A stretch of DNA of 64,000 nt, taken from contig NMRA01000076.1 in assembly GCA_002633005.1 (NCBI GenBank), positions 124,001-188,000 of the forward strand, written 5' to 3'. A model generated the notes under the pieces. It saw nothing but the letters and a program-made list of their open reading frames with translations. It made no database searches and was not told the origin of the DNA. Origin of the DNA: Phoronis australis. Lineage: Eukaryota > Animalia > Phoronida. Shown one piece after another: positions 48,446 through 61,200 of the stretch. A program made the position numbers and the translations under genes. The first letter of the stretch is position 1, and each line of letters opens with the position of its first letter.

Positions 48446-51400
48446 ATGACTGAGGTGGTCAAGGCTCTGTTCATTCTGTTTGCTGTCAGCGCCACCTGTC
48501 AAGCTGCAGTCCTGCCCATTGTCAAGGGATACTTCTTAAAGGAAAAGCTTCCAGATGGTTTGTTATTTTTAGATGAAACTTAAAATAATGCACTTGGAAA
48601 AATTTGTTAATTCCAGAAGCTTGGAAGGAGGTTGTTCTAATTGTTGTTGTGGTTGTCTCTCTTCTTCAAAATATAACTGTGTACATTTCCTGCCAACAAT
48701 AAACAGGATAGGTTCAAAATATCTTATCAATCTCATAGTTGCATTATATTTGTGGGTTAGGACCAGTGGGCCTTTTGGCTGAAAACAGGGTGTAGCACAC
48801 CCCTATGCAAAACTTGATTGAGTTTTCTTTCATGGAAGACCAGTCCTGTGAATGGATTTTTTTTTATTCCTTAAGTGCACTAACTAAAATTGCGGTAATA
48901 GTCAGATGAGTGGGTCCTTCATTTAAAAGTGATTTGAGAACCAGTTACTCCAACCCACTGAATAACACCCATTTTTCAGTGGGGGTAACTGGTTATCAAA
49001 TCAAGGATCCATCAATCCGACTATTACCAGCTATAAACCTACCTTGAGGCAAAGAGAATAACATAGAGCACCCACCACCTCCATAGAACTGGTCTCCACT
49101 TGTAAAGAATTGACAAATACTCTGTTATTCCATGAGGTCAGTCTTTGTGCATAAATTCACTCGACATGACAACCTAATGCAACGAACCTGATCTCAACCA
49201 CTGACTACGAGTTCTTCCCATGCCCAATAATCAATTCTCGTCTAATGTTCTGTGGAATGATCAAATTGAGACCAGTCATGCAACCTAAGTGGTCTGTAGA
49301 CTTCGTAAGTAATTTTTTGGTGGAAAGCGAATTAAAGGTGATTTTAAAATACCACTGGTTAGTTCCCTTTTTGTGTTGGCTTGTTCAGTTCCTCAGAGGT
49401 CATTGGTTGGCTAACACTACTGTCTCTTCAACAGATCTTAGTTGTTTTGAACCTCTTTATGTTATCCACAGGGCAGTCATGTACAGATGAGTTCAGCCAG
49501 ACTCGTAATCATCTCGATATCTGGAACGCGACTGTTGGAAGCTGCAGCAAGGTCATATGCTTCCATGGATCACTGCATAAATATCATATAAAAAATCTGT
49601 AAGTACTGAACTGTTAGAGAATGTCACTTTTTGGGTGTTAGACTTAAAGTCGTGAAACTTGCCGTCTAATTCCTTATCTCTGTGCTTGATTGGCCAAATT
49701 ATTTAGAAACGCAACATATAGCGACGATGTGAGTATGAAGTAGGTTCAGAATTGCCAAATGTTTTTAAGTTTTTTGTGGCAAAAATGATCTGCCGCAAGT
49801 CACTGAACCATGCCCAGTAAGTATTGTGATGTGGTGCCAGGGAATAACACTGCCTGATGCAGGCTATGTGAGCAATGAAACAATGTCACATTGGACGTTA
49901 TCGGTAAGAAAGGTAATTTTCTGAGATCAGCCACGATGCGGGAATTGAATGTGCAGCTCTCACGATCACAGTCTACATTCAAGAATTACAGTCAATGACA
50001 AACAATTATTTTTCTTTAATAATGTTAGAGTCTTTGCAGAGACGTTAAAACATTGCGTCAGCAGCTATTTTCAACAATTTTACGAATTGCCGAGTCTATT
50101 TTCAGACCCTGTTGATCCATAATGCAATGACCTATATTTGAGAAATGTGATGAACATCAAAACTGCCAATCACCGGACTTTCAGAATCAAGAAAATTCAA
50201 TTTCAGCTTGAACAACCCAGGTACACGTGTCTTCTTCATGATCCCTAGATGTTTGTTCATTCTCAGGTGTGTTCTAGTAGACATCATGTCATTGCTTGTT
50301 ACAGGTGCAGAGTTATTGAGGACGTTGAGGTGCCTGATCTTGTGAACTGTGAGCGACTGCAGGACCTCACATTGCATTACCCTGACTGTTGTCCTGTCAT
50401 GAAGTGCCAGACAGGCGCATATCCCACCACCCAGTCCGGACCAGGTATTGCCAGCCTTGTACAGTTTTTGATCAAACCTTGGACCATGAGTCTCTAATCT
50501 ATGTTCACTCTCAAAATAAGTGCGCTAAAAATCCGTTCTCTTTACATAAAGTTGCAAAGTAGTTTTCCAGCATGCTGATGATTTTTGTCTAAATCTCTTT
50601 AGAAGTTTTGGCCAGAGTCGTTAAAGAAGCAGAATAATTGAAAATTATTTAAGAATTTGTTTGGTGGAAGTGCTTTCTGTGAAATTTCTTGGTTTTGATG
50701 GGAACACATTGCCAATTTTTGATAATTGTATCTTGGTTTCATGTAGGTCAAGATACATAACGAAATTTTAATGCAATCGGAAGTGGAGCTTAATCTTTGT
50801 ACTCAAAATTGAACTCAAAATTTTCTGTTCTACTTTTGTGTGCACTACTATTTTATGCTAGGGTAGTACATAGTTTTTTACTTGGATAACTGTCCACTTT
50901 ATATGAATATGTCAGTCTCAATATTGTGTGGGAAATATTGACTGGAGCTCTATGGTAAGATGCCCACTACTTAGTCTGATTCAATTTCTGTGCTCAGTGG
51001 TGGCTGGAGTGTTTACACGGTTAGCAGAAGGACCTGGGTTCGAGTCCTGGTCGGGGGCAGAAATCTTTTCAGAAATTATTTCAGACTTATATTCATTAGG
51101 TCACAGCCAACTGATGGCGTGCTGACAAGACTTTTAAGTCTTACAAACATTTTTATGTAAACAATGTTTGCAGCCAAATATTTTTAAAAATGTTTACTAC
51201 TGTCCACTTGTCATTTGGACTTTAGGACTTCAAAATTACTGCTAAAAGTTTGAGTTTGAACTAAAGTTTTACTTAATGAGTTCTTGAGTTTTTACCAGAG
51301 TTTGTAGTTTGTCAAGTGTGAATTTGGACTTAAGTTCGTACTAAAGTAGGCCCAGAACAGAAAATGCTAAAAATTAATTCTTATTCAGAGAACAAAGATT

Positions 51401-52167
51401 AGACCCCGGCCCGCGATCGTTTTGCAAATAGGAGAAACTACGGACGATATTTTTTTTAAAATTATTTAAAATATTTTCGTTTTCTTTACCCACAGTCTGC
51501 AGGGATGAGCATGCTGAGACAGACTGTCTGAATTGGAAGTTGATTGGTGCATGTGACCCAACCAGCTGGATGTATTCTAACTACACTCTGAACAGATACT
51601 GCTCAAAGACATGTGGGTAAGTGGCTGAAGGCTACACTAGTTTGGGACACTGTGAGAAAGTGATAATGTTGCTTGAGGTCTGAGCTTGTACTAAATTTTA
51701 GAAATAAGCAATAATAGCCGTTCCAAATTTAAGAGTTATGATCAACGACAAACCTCGATGTTTTGCATTATGATGACGCTGGAAACGTGTTGGTCCTGTT
51801 TGTATTGATACAAAATCTTTTTGGACTCTGTTGATACAAAACTCAATGTCTGATATTTGAGAAATATGATGAAGGCTTGTATCACCCATGTCCGAATCTT
51901 CGGAATGAAGAAAATTCATTTTCGACTTGTCTCAGGCTGAATTATTTTTACTAAATGTATCACTTATCACTTCTAATTTATGCAGTTTGAAGTGAAGTTA
52001 GTGTTCTTTACTTTTGAAATCATTTTCTCCAAAAATGGATAGATTGTTCATGGCTCCACCATTAGGTGTCACTACAACTGATTTTGCAAGATTCTAGATG
52101 TGTTTGGTTTCAGTGGTTCAAGATCTGCTGAACAGTTTCCATCTTATTTTTCAGAATCTGTACATGA
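48446..52167 (+). CDS. Secreted 170-aa protein: signal peptide, SVWC (single von Willebrand factor C, Vago/La1-like) domain and ShKT domain
   Basis: Five exons 48446-48557, 49472-49598, 50305-50444, 51496-51616 and 52155-52167, all AG/GT with matching phases (1,2,1,2). Protein: MTEVVKALFILFAVSATCQA-AVLPIVKGYFLKEKLPDGQSCTDEFSQTRNHLDIWNATVGSCSKVICFHGSLHKYHIKNLCRVIEDVEVPDLVNCERLQDLTLHYPDCCPVMKCQTGAYPTTQSGPVCRDEHAETDCLNWKLIGACDPTSWMYSNYTLNRYCSKTCGICT*. Confidence 0.9.
48895..49027. mobile_element. Palindromic MITE copy in an intron of the SVWC-ShK gene
   Basis: GTAATAGTCAGATGAGTGGGTCC...GATTTGAGAACCAGTTAC...GTAACTGGTTATCAAATC...GACTATTAC. Confidence 0.75.
50992..51130 (+). repeat. tRNA-derived SINE-like element (Pol III A- and B-boxes)
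   Basis: A-box-like GCTCAGTGG at 50992 and B-box GGTTCGAGTCC at ~51037; the 3' part CAGACTTATATTCATTAGGTCAC..GCCAAC.GATGGCGT is shared with 59240-59285. No complete cloverleaf is seen. Confidence 0.65.
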
Positions 52168-55100
52168 GTGCCTGTGGAGATTCAGATTCAATTTCGGTTT
52201 CATAGAGATGACGGAGGAAGAGATACATGTTGTTTTTTATTTTTATACATTTACTATGTCGCATTTTATGTATTCAGGTTACACATTTTATCTGAAGAAT
52301 CGTTGACATTAATTACTTCTGTAAATTAAGGACCTTTAGCACTGGATCTAGTGTGTGACAAGGTTGCGGTGTAGTCCATCAAGTTTTGGAGAAATATATC
52401 CGCATAGATCCACTTTATAATGGCATTACGGCATTCTTTTGGTTGCGTGTTGTGTCCAGAGTGTGGGTACAGCACCTTTAGCCACCCTAACTCTGCCCAT
52501 GTATTTTGATGCAAACTTTAATTATTGAGTGATGTTTTTATATTCATACAGGACTAACACAGTTTTCATGGAGATGAATTTTCTTGGCATTTTGACCAGG
52601 TGTTGTGAAATGAGATACAACGCCTCTACCTGGAGTAGATAATTTGCCTTCTTCACATTTTATTCTTAGATTTTATTATTTGTAAAATCAGTCCATTGGA
52701 TTTGTTATTTGTCATTAAGGGTCTGCTGGTTCAGACCGTAGTTCAAGGTCTTGGCGTGCAACATAATTTATATACCAGTCAGTTTTTAAAACTTGTGCAG
52801 CTTAATGCACGCAGTCCAACAGTAATCTCTTCTGTTTTGCGCAAAATGATTGCGAGAATTAATTTTCAAGACCAGCTTTAGATTTATATTAAATTATTAC
52901 GATTTATTTTACAGTTGCCTCACAAATTTAATAAAATAAAGCTCAGTAAAAGAAAGAAAATGTGCAAGTCAAATCTTGTATCATTCATTGATGGTGTTGC
53001 TCATTCTTGTAAATTATGGTGAAATGCCTGTTGAAATATCAACCTGCTCGGTTTCATTTTATTTCCATGTTTGTGTTGACGAAGGATTTAAAATAATTTT
53101 AATATTTAAAAATTTTAGATCAGAATCTCTTATTGCTCTTGCTTATCCATTAATCTAATATTTCCCAGTATTATCTTGTTAGTAATAGGTTTTTGTTATT
53201 ATATCTGAAACAAAGCAACAATTTAAACCTGCTGAATAGTCATGAAATAAAACCTAGGTGAGCTTCGCAAGGCGAGATCACATGTGTCTGCGGTATCTAA
53301 TCGTGTGTTGCGAGCAAACCACGTGACCTCGCTAGACTTCACTTGTGAGTTAAGAATTACTGTTGTAGCCACAGGACTGTCGCAGTCTTCAGGAAAGACT
53401 AATAAAGGAATGTAACTATGCACTCGGATTAAATTGCGCCAGAATGTTCTTTGAGTACTATATTTTGTACAAACTGAATTATGTCATCGATAAATAAACT
53501 AGAAGTTGGAAACGCAGAATAGCTCTTACTTTACATTGCGTACACACAAACTTATATCTACATGACAGCTGTACTGTACTCGATTCAAATAAATAGGATT
53601 ACCTCTATACAATAGCAGATAAATCACAAAAATTACAACTTAACAATAAATATTGTTCAAGTTAGATTATAACAATTGAATTTCTACAATTGAAACACAT
53701 TCATGGCATAACCGTCAGGACAATGTCATTAAGTTGTTTATGTACACCTCAAATTGACCTCACATTGACCTTGATGTGATGGAACTAACATGACGCACAG
53801 TGGGAATCCGACAACTTCTTTTATGGTACTCGCCAAGAGTAACCTGACAAAAGACCTCCCCAATCACCAATACAGCAAATTTCCCTTCATGTTAATAGGA
53901 TATGACCTGTCACGCATTCTGGCACAATTTTAATAGGTGAAATAGCCGCGCCATACTGAACTTCACTAATCTTCCAGGCAACGATCAGGTCTTTGATGGA
54001 CATGCTTTCAGCGCCACCTACAGATCCCATTTAATGCAGATGGGAGGTTTCAACCTAATGATATAAAATAACATTTTACCACCTTTCTTGTTATTATAAA
54101 TGCCAGCAAACTTCCACTGCTTTGCGGTGGGATGTACAAATGCCTTACAAAAAAGGCAAACCTTTTGAAATGTCAACGGATGAATAAGGACTTCATGTTT
54201 CATACATTCGCCACTGCCGACAAAATCAGTGGCATCGGCTGATAAAGCGTGAGAATTTCAATCCTAGCCGGTGTCAAAAAGCTAAAATAAATTTGTGAAC
54301 TTAAACTAATCAAACAATGAGAGGGACTGACAATGGAATTTATTCCTCTGTTTTTAAATTAATGAACCACTATGTAATAATTAAATTTCTGTCCATCAAA
54401 TTTGAGCCAGGATCAATCGGAAGTCAATTTCGAGCTCTCGCTACTCTGGAGAGCGCCAGTATGAAAAGTCCCCTATTATTTCAGCTCTTCTTGCCATCCC
54501 AGTTGTGACGGGTGGCTACTATGACGATGAATTCTGCTTGCATTCAGCTATGGGGACAAGGTATTCAGGGTCAATCTGTCTGGTTACTTCTGGTGTGTTT
54601 GAGTGGGTTGCCCATGAATAGACTTTAAACTTGGGCGAGAATACGTAAAATTTTTACATAATGCTTGATGCGATACCCACAAGTCAACTGTTCACTATTT
54701 GTCGAAACAAATATAATATTAAACAATTTCAAATATCATACTACACATATAATGCAAGATCAAACAGTATTAGTCAGTAATCTCAACACCTGCTTTGTTA
54801 GTCGAAGTAATGTTTTATCCTAAATAAATAACAGTCATTGAATATGGCAATTTTTCGAAAACTTGTCCTCATTTTATGCACAAACATATAAATGATCATT
54901 TCGTTCTTTGTGAACATGTCTATTGAACAGTTCATGTTGTACAAATGAACCTGTCTACATTGCTCATGTAGACAAAACATTTCCTATGCAACTCCAACAC
55001 ACATCCCAATTATTCCAACACAAAATGAAAACGAGAAATCAAATGCAAAAAATAACCTTTAGAAAAAATGCAATATTACACAAAGCACAGGCAAATCTGA

Positions 55101-55200
55101 GCAAATATGTGAATACACTGTACTGATACCCTTACGGTCCCCAGTACACTACCGTTGCCATAGGTACGCTACATGTCAACACCACAGATAATCTAAGCGA

Positions 55201-58200
55201 CTATGGATTTGTGTAATCCAAGTAGCGTCTATTCTCCTTTCTCTTGCGATGTGCCGTCACAATCTCATTCTCATAAAACATGTTGTGCTTCCGCTCCGAA
55301 GCGTACGACTGAAACGATAATCAGACGAAAATGACGCACAAGACTTGTATCTCGTTCTTCAATCACGAGTCACACATCAACGTCCTAATAGGAACACAAA
55401 TCAGATGCAGTCATTTTACACATATTTCTCTGTTAACGACTGTAACTAGCCGTGGCCGTCCTTCACTGTGCTTGCAACATTAAGTGAAATCATTAATGTA
55501 GTCCTCCAACACACATGTTCAGCAAAACGCCATCCCCTCACAATTTTCATTTTTAAATGTGCCTGCTCCATTATAGAAACCTTTAATTCACACACTTTTA
55601 GTACATCTAGGCACATCATTGTGATTGTTCAGATCCCAAATTGGCTGCGCACTCACAACCAGCACATTGTCCTCATTCTACAAAGTTCCTTATTCAAAAT
55701 GGCTTACATAAAACTAATTCCAGGTCATAAACTCAAATCGACAGTTCAGGTAAACCTTGGTGTTCTAATGCTCACACCCAGGGCATTCAAGTGAATATTT
55801 AGACTGAAATCGCTAGGACGCCCAAGTATAGTAAGCATGTAAGCATCGCTGTCTATTTTAACTGCGGCTGTAGAAGCTCATTGGTCTGTACAGGACAGTT
55901 AGTTAAGACATGATGTAAAATATGACAAACTTTGAGACTTTTCAATCCAAAGTAACATACCCCATTATGTCAACTATTTAACTTGAGGTCATAAAAACAG
56001 TCACAATGTTATCAAATATGGCCACTTTGAGAAACTGGGGAAACCCATTTTGGATGCCCTATTTTAAAATCCTGGATGATCTTCTGGCTGAGTGTCCGCT
56101 GCAACTGATCCAATACAAAATTGCCTCGATGACCTAAGCATAACCAATGACTTGAAATTTTCAGTATAAAAAATCAAAAACAAAAAAGCCGACTTTCATA
56201 CTGACACAAGAGATATCCCCAGAATATTTTGCATCTAATTCACAATAAGTTTGCAGGAGCTCAGTAGAGGATTTATTGCGCAGAAATATTTCGAATGCAC
56301 TTTGCAGTATATTTACGTGAGCTGAGTGGAGGATTTTTTGACTGAATATATTTACATGAGCCAAGTTTTATTGTTATATTGTTGGAGACACAAGTGACAT
56401 TCCTACATTATCTAACCAACACAGTGCTCACCAGTTTCGACTTAATTTTCTTGGGAAGTTCCTCATCATGTCGGTAGAAATCCTCCCTTTTAGCCTTAAT
56501 TTGAGAACCATCTTCAAACTGAATCTGAAAAGAAATTCATTGAAATTCAATTGTTCAATTCAAGACAGTTGTAAAAATCTGTTATGAAATGGTGCTAATT
56601 CGACGTGACATTGATTTTTAAATGTGCACCTCTCAGACAATTGGTCTCGTAACTTTACTTACCAAGATGGGATTCTATTTCCACTACCAACAAAAACATC
56701 AAAACCATCAGTGACTCAAAAAAAACCATTCAGACTTTATCGGGGTTAGTCAACCCTAAAACTGCGAAACCGAAAGTGGCGCATGTACACATTGCCTATT
56801 ATTTGAATTGGTAACAGAAAGGGAATCCCGACACAGTAAGAACTATTTTGAGACCACTTTTAGAACTCAGAGAATAAGACCCAATTTGATTTTCGTTGAA
56901 CAGGGCAAAATGCAGCTCAAGCTATGTTTTTGTATTTCTGGAGGTAAACCTAAAAATAACGACAGAGCGGAATGTACAAGATATCCACTTCTTCCAAATC
57001 AGGAAAACTGATATAGAAGCCACAAAATACATACACCATACTTGTAACAAATTGACAAAATTTACTGCGTGTCATAGAAAATCATCATAATTTCAGGAAA
57101 AAATATTTTCGTCTGTATTCTAAATGTCCAACACGGTACTAGCAGAGCTAAAAGCCAACGCGGCAACGTTAAGCGTCCTTAACTGACAAGGCCACCAGCC
57201 CTCAATTTCAGCTAATTCTGCTGATGCACTAGCAGCCAACATGATCCTCAACAATAATCACATCAATGCCATTTTCAGCCTTAAAGCCGATCGTGTCATT
57301 TTAAAGTATGGACGGAGAATTACTACTGTTAAGCCAACTTACATCAAACATAAGGTGGGAGTTGGTGCCCTTGAACCTGCCCGAATACAATTCTCCATCC
57401 GTCCATTGAATTTCGACTGGAGTCCCAGGCTTCGGAGGTCCATATCGCTGACAGTTACGACCCTGCAAGTGGAACATAAGATTAAGAAGACGCAACGCAA
57501 TAGTTCTCAAAGAAAGTTGAAAAGTTCGTCAGGCTTTGTCGAAGTTATCGTAAAATCACTAAAAGGCAACATAATTTCAAAATTAGCCAGAAAATTTCCG
57601 TTCGAAATTTTTTGCTGACTTTTGACCAGGAGAAATATCGTCTACTTTCTGTACAACACTGGCCACAAAGAGACAACTAGCTCAGCAACCTTCAAACAAG
57701 GAGAAGATGGGTACGCTAATTGAAAATTAAGATTCAAAATAAACGTGACAGCACTGAACATGAAAGCGCAGCAAAACAATCCTCCATTTAATAACTACGA
57801 GAACCGGTTTTATTGCTCAAAAAATGCTAACCACAATGTCCTCAGGGAACATATTGTCGCTGTATGACCCATCGTCAAAATCGACTTCGTAGAACGTTTG
57901 GTGTGTCGTTTTGACCACCACAGCTGAATAGTAGCGTCCGTTCTTCTGCCTCGCTATGACTTTAGTGCCGACACGGACAGACTTCAACTCACGGTTGTCC
58001 TCCATCTAAAATGGATAGCAATGTAAAACACCAAAGCAAACAGTAGCATAGCCAGCGGGGAAGTCCCTGCCTCATGAATTGGAATTGACAATAAATACGG
58101 ATTTCACTTGATGCAGTGAGCATGTCCTTTGAAGTCCCAGGCACTGCCATCTTTGAAACCATTGTTTTGGTTCGTGTTTTGGGGAGGCACCCTTCACTTT

Positions 58201-61200
58201 GAATTCTTGGCTCCTCAATACACTCAGTAAGCCCTCTTAATTACCCTGACGGTGACAATTCTTCAGTCTTCAATGCGGAATTATATATTATCAAGTTCCC
58301 TCCAAAACATAAAAGTATCAAAATTTCTTCAACAGGAAAAATGATTAATTAATCAATAGGACAGTTACGTATTGGCTCTGAATGCTGAACGGTTCCTCAA
58401 ACAGAATGGTTTTGCAGAGTATTTTTTCAGAGGGAGACATGGGCTGCATTTAAGTGTTTAGAAGTGTCACAACTTATCTATTGCAAGAGATGATTGACGA
58501 TTGTGTTGACAAGTGATGAACTATTAATATTTTAAATGTCCTTTTAGCGGTGAGAAATTGAGGAAATACCGATGTCTCGTCTACCTTTTCTACATCTATG
58601 AGACATTCAAAGCAATCCAATAGAGTGCAAATAGGGACTTTTTCGAACCTTGTTTCCAACAGGGGTTCCTTCTAGGAGGAAGCTTTTCTACAACGGGGTG
58701 CTTTCTAGTAAGGGACTCTTTCAGAGATTCCCAGTAACAGAAATTTAGTCAAATAAATGTTAACGTCCACTGCTACAAGTGGATGCTGACACTACCAACT
58801 CACTGAAGCAAAATCCAGTGAATATTTTAGTTTTGTCTATGTAACACACCGAATATCTTTGATTTACACAAATAGTGGCTTTTGCACTGTGTGGCAAAAT
58901 AAATAAATCCAGGAAACATATTAAGAGAATCTTAATTATTAAGTAATAGTGATATTCATTTAATATAGCCAAAAATCACCCATAAATCAACAAAAGTTCT
59001 AAAGAAAAATTTTCTGATCTCATGACTTCCAATTAATGCTTTTTTCTGTTTTCTTTTTCTATATTTTCGACAAAAGTAGTTTGATGAAGCAAGAAAGATT
59101 GCGTGCACAATCCTCTTAGTGCTTTCTCACTTTTGCAAACATTTTTAAATGTCCTGACAGCATGCCATCTGTTGGCCCCATCACTTGACCTAATGAATAA
59201 AAGTCTGGGTTCGAGTCCTGGTTGGGGAAGAAATCTTTTCAGACTTATATTCATTAGGTCACGTGATGTGGCCAACAGATGGCGTAGACTTAAAATGTTT
59301 GCAACATATCCTTCACCCCATATTAACATTGACATATTCATATATACTCACTCTTGCACGGTTGCTGTGTCGAGTACATGTTACATAGACAGGATATGGC
59401 CAATCGCTGGTCTGGTACAAGACCCCGGCAGCCTGGCCGCAGGTCGTGTGGAAGGAGGCGGAACACCGACCACAAGAGCACTGGACACAAGTGCCAAAGG
59501 GCGGCAACTTCTTAAGAGCCGGCCGACAGTACGTGCACCTCTGTGAGAACGAGACACTATAAGTTACAATGGGAAGCCGAGTGCTGGTGAAAACTTGGGT
59601 GTGTTGAATACGGACACTGCCTTGTGACATGGCAAGATCACACAAAATCTCACTACAGTAATTTTCAAAAAGCATAGTGGTTTTAGTAGAGATTCACCTG
59701 GCTTCGTCAAAACTATGGCCAAAACTTATAAGAAAATCTGACGCAAAATAACACCAAATCATTTGAAAATTAGCGGGAAACTTTTGCTTTAAATTTTTGA
59801 CTATATTTGACAACTGCAGTGTAACGCAAGTTCTTAACAGTGATTGGCCGTTAATGTCCTGTCGGAGAAACAGTATGTAAACACCCAAAACACATTTTCT
59901 TTGAATACGTTAACATTTCTCAATGCAAGTGTCTCACAAGTGATTGATGTAATTGAACACAGCAATGATTCCTTTGTGAATAACAAACGAGGGAACTTAC
60001 TAACTTCCGAGGAACGGCAGAAATTCATAAAAAAATTCTACTTATTTAAGCAGTGGCAAAGATATCCGCACTGCTGTCCTTTGACGAAGAGCAGCAGATG
60101 AAACATCAAAACACATAGAGCCTCGGAGAAATGGAGTTAGTTCTATATATATACCAGAAGGGTATAACACTATCGCCAGGCATCGTACTGTGTAACTAAT
60201 CAGTTGCTATGCCAAGTTATCGTTTCATGCCCAGAAGTAGAATATACACTAAACTTATGGACATTATTAGGTCTGAAATTTTTTCACTCTTAACCATGAA
60301 AAGTATCAGCATTCCAAAGTCACACAATAGAGACTCCAGCCTGAATTACAACAACAAAAGAGAAAACTAAAGTCAAAACCCAACAAATTCATGACCAGCT
60401 CCTCAGCAAGCTTTTTAAGGGAATCGCCAACACTCACCAGCTTGCAGCGCTGTGCATTGATCTTGGTGACGTTCACTGGCTCCCTCTTCTGGACATCTTC
60501 AAATTGAACTTCGGGGATGGCTAGTGCACACACGATATGAGCCCAGTTGCCGCAGGTAGTGGGCTTCAGGGCACCCCCTCTCAGCATGCATAGACAACAG
60601 CTCTACAAGAACAAGAAGCATATGAGTCAACAGAGCAAGCTGAAGCAACACTAAAGACATTCAAGTAAATGCTCCACTCATGATTGACAGAGACTGACCA
60701 TTCTAGTAATCAGCAACTGGCTTGGCTGATCTCAAAGGTTTCCACCAAATATCAATGCAATGAGAAACAAAACATATCGAAACAAAACAAATTATTTTAG
60801 AAGAGCTTCATTTCTGAACAAATAAGGCAATTCAACAAAACATGCAAACATTAACGCAGCTAGAGAGTAAGGTAACAAAAGATTATCAATCCTGCCAAGG
60901 AACGCTTCTTTTGGAATCCTAGTCTAATATCTTCCCAGTATATTTATTTGACTTTCAGTTTCAGAGTTGCGCAATACGAACTAGTTCTGTAAAGGACCAA
61001 CTTCAGCGGTCCCAACGTTTTAAGCGATATGAGGTATCTTCCCGATCAAAAAGCTTCATCCCCGGTTAGAAACTGAAGAAGATACTGCACTACTCACCGC
61101 ACTGAATGCCTGCTGTTCACACACACGACACTGCCAAGGTTCTGAAGCATCAGGACACCCATAACAACCTGTTGACGAGAGCACAGGTAAATAAAAGTCC

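Noticed and set aside
50992-51060. Functional tRNA gene
   Set aside because: No convincing acceptor or anticodon stems, and the downstream sequence is shared with a dispersed repeat, so it is SINE-like.
59103-59546. Plus-strand ORFs opposite KDM4 and RCHY1 exons (also 41740-42198 and 43239-43646)
   Set aside because: Antisense shadows of real minus-strand exons.
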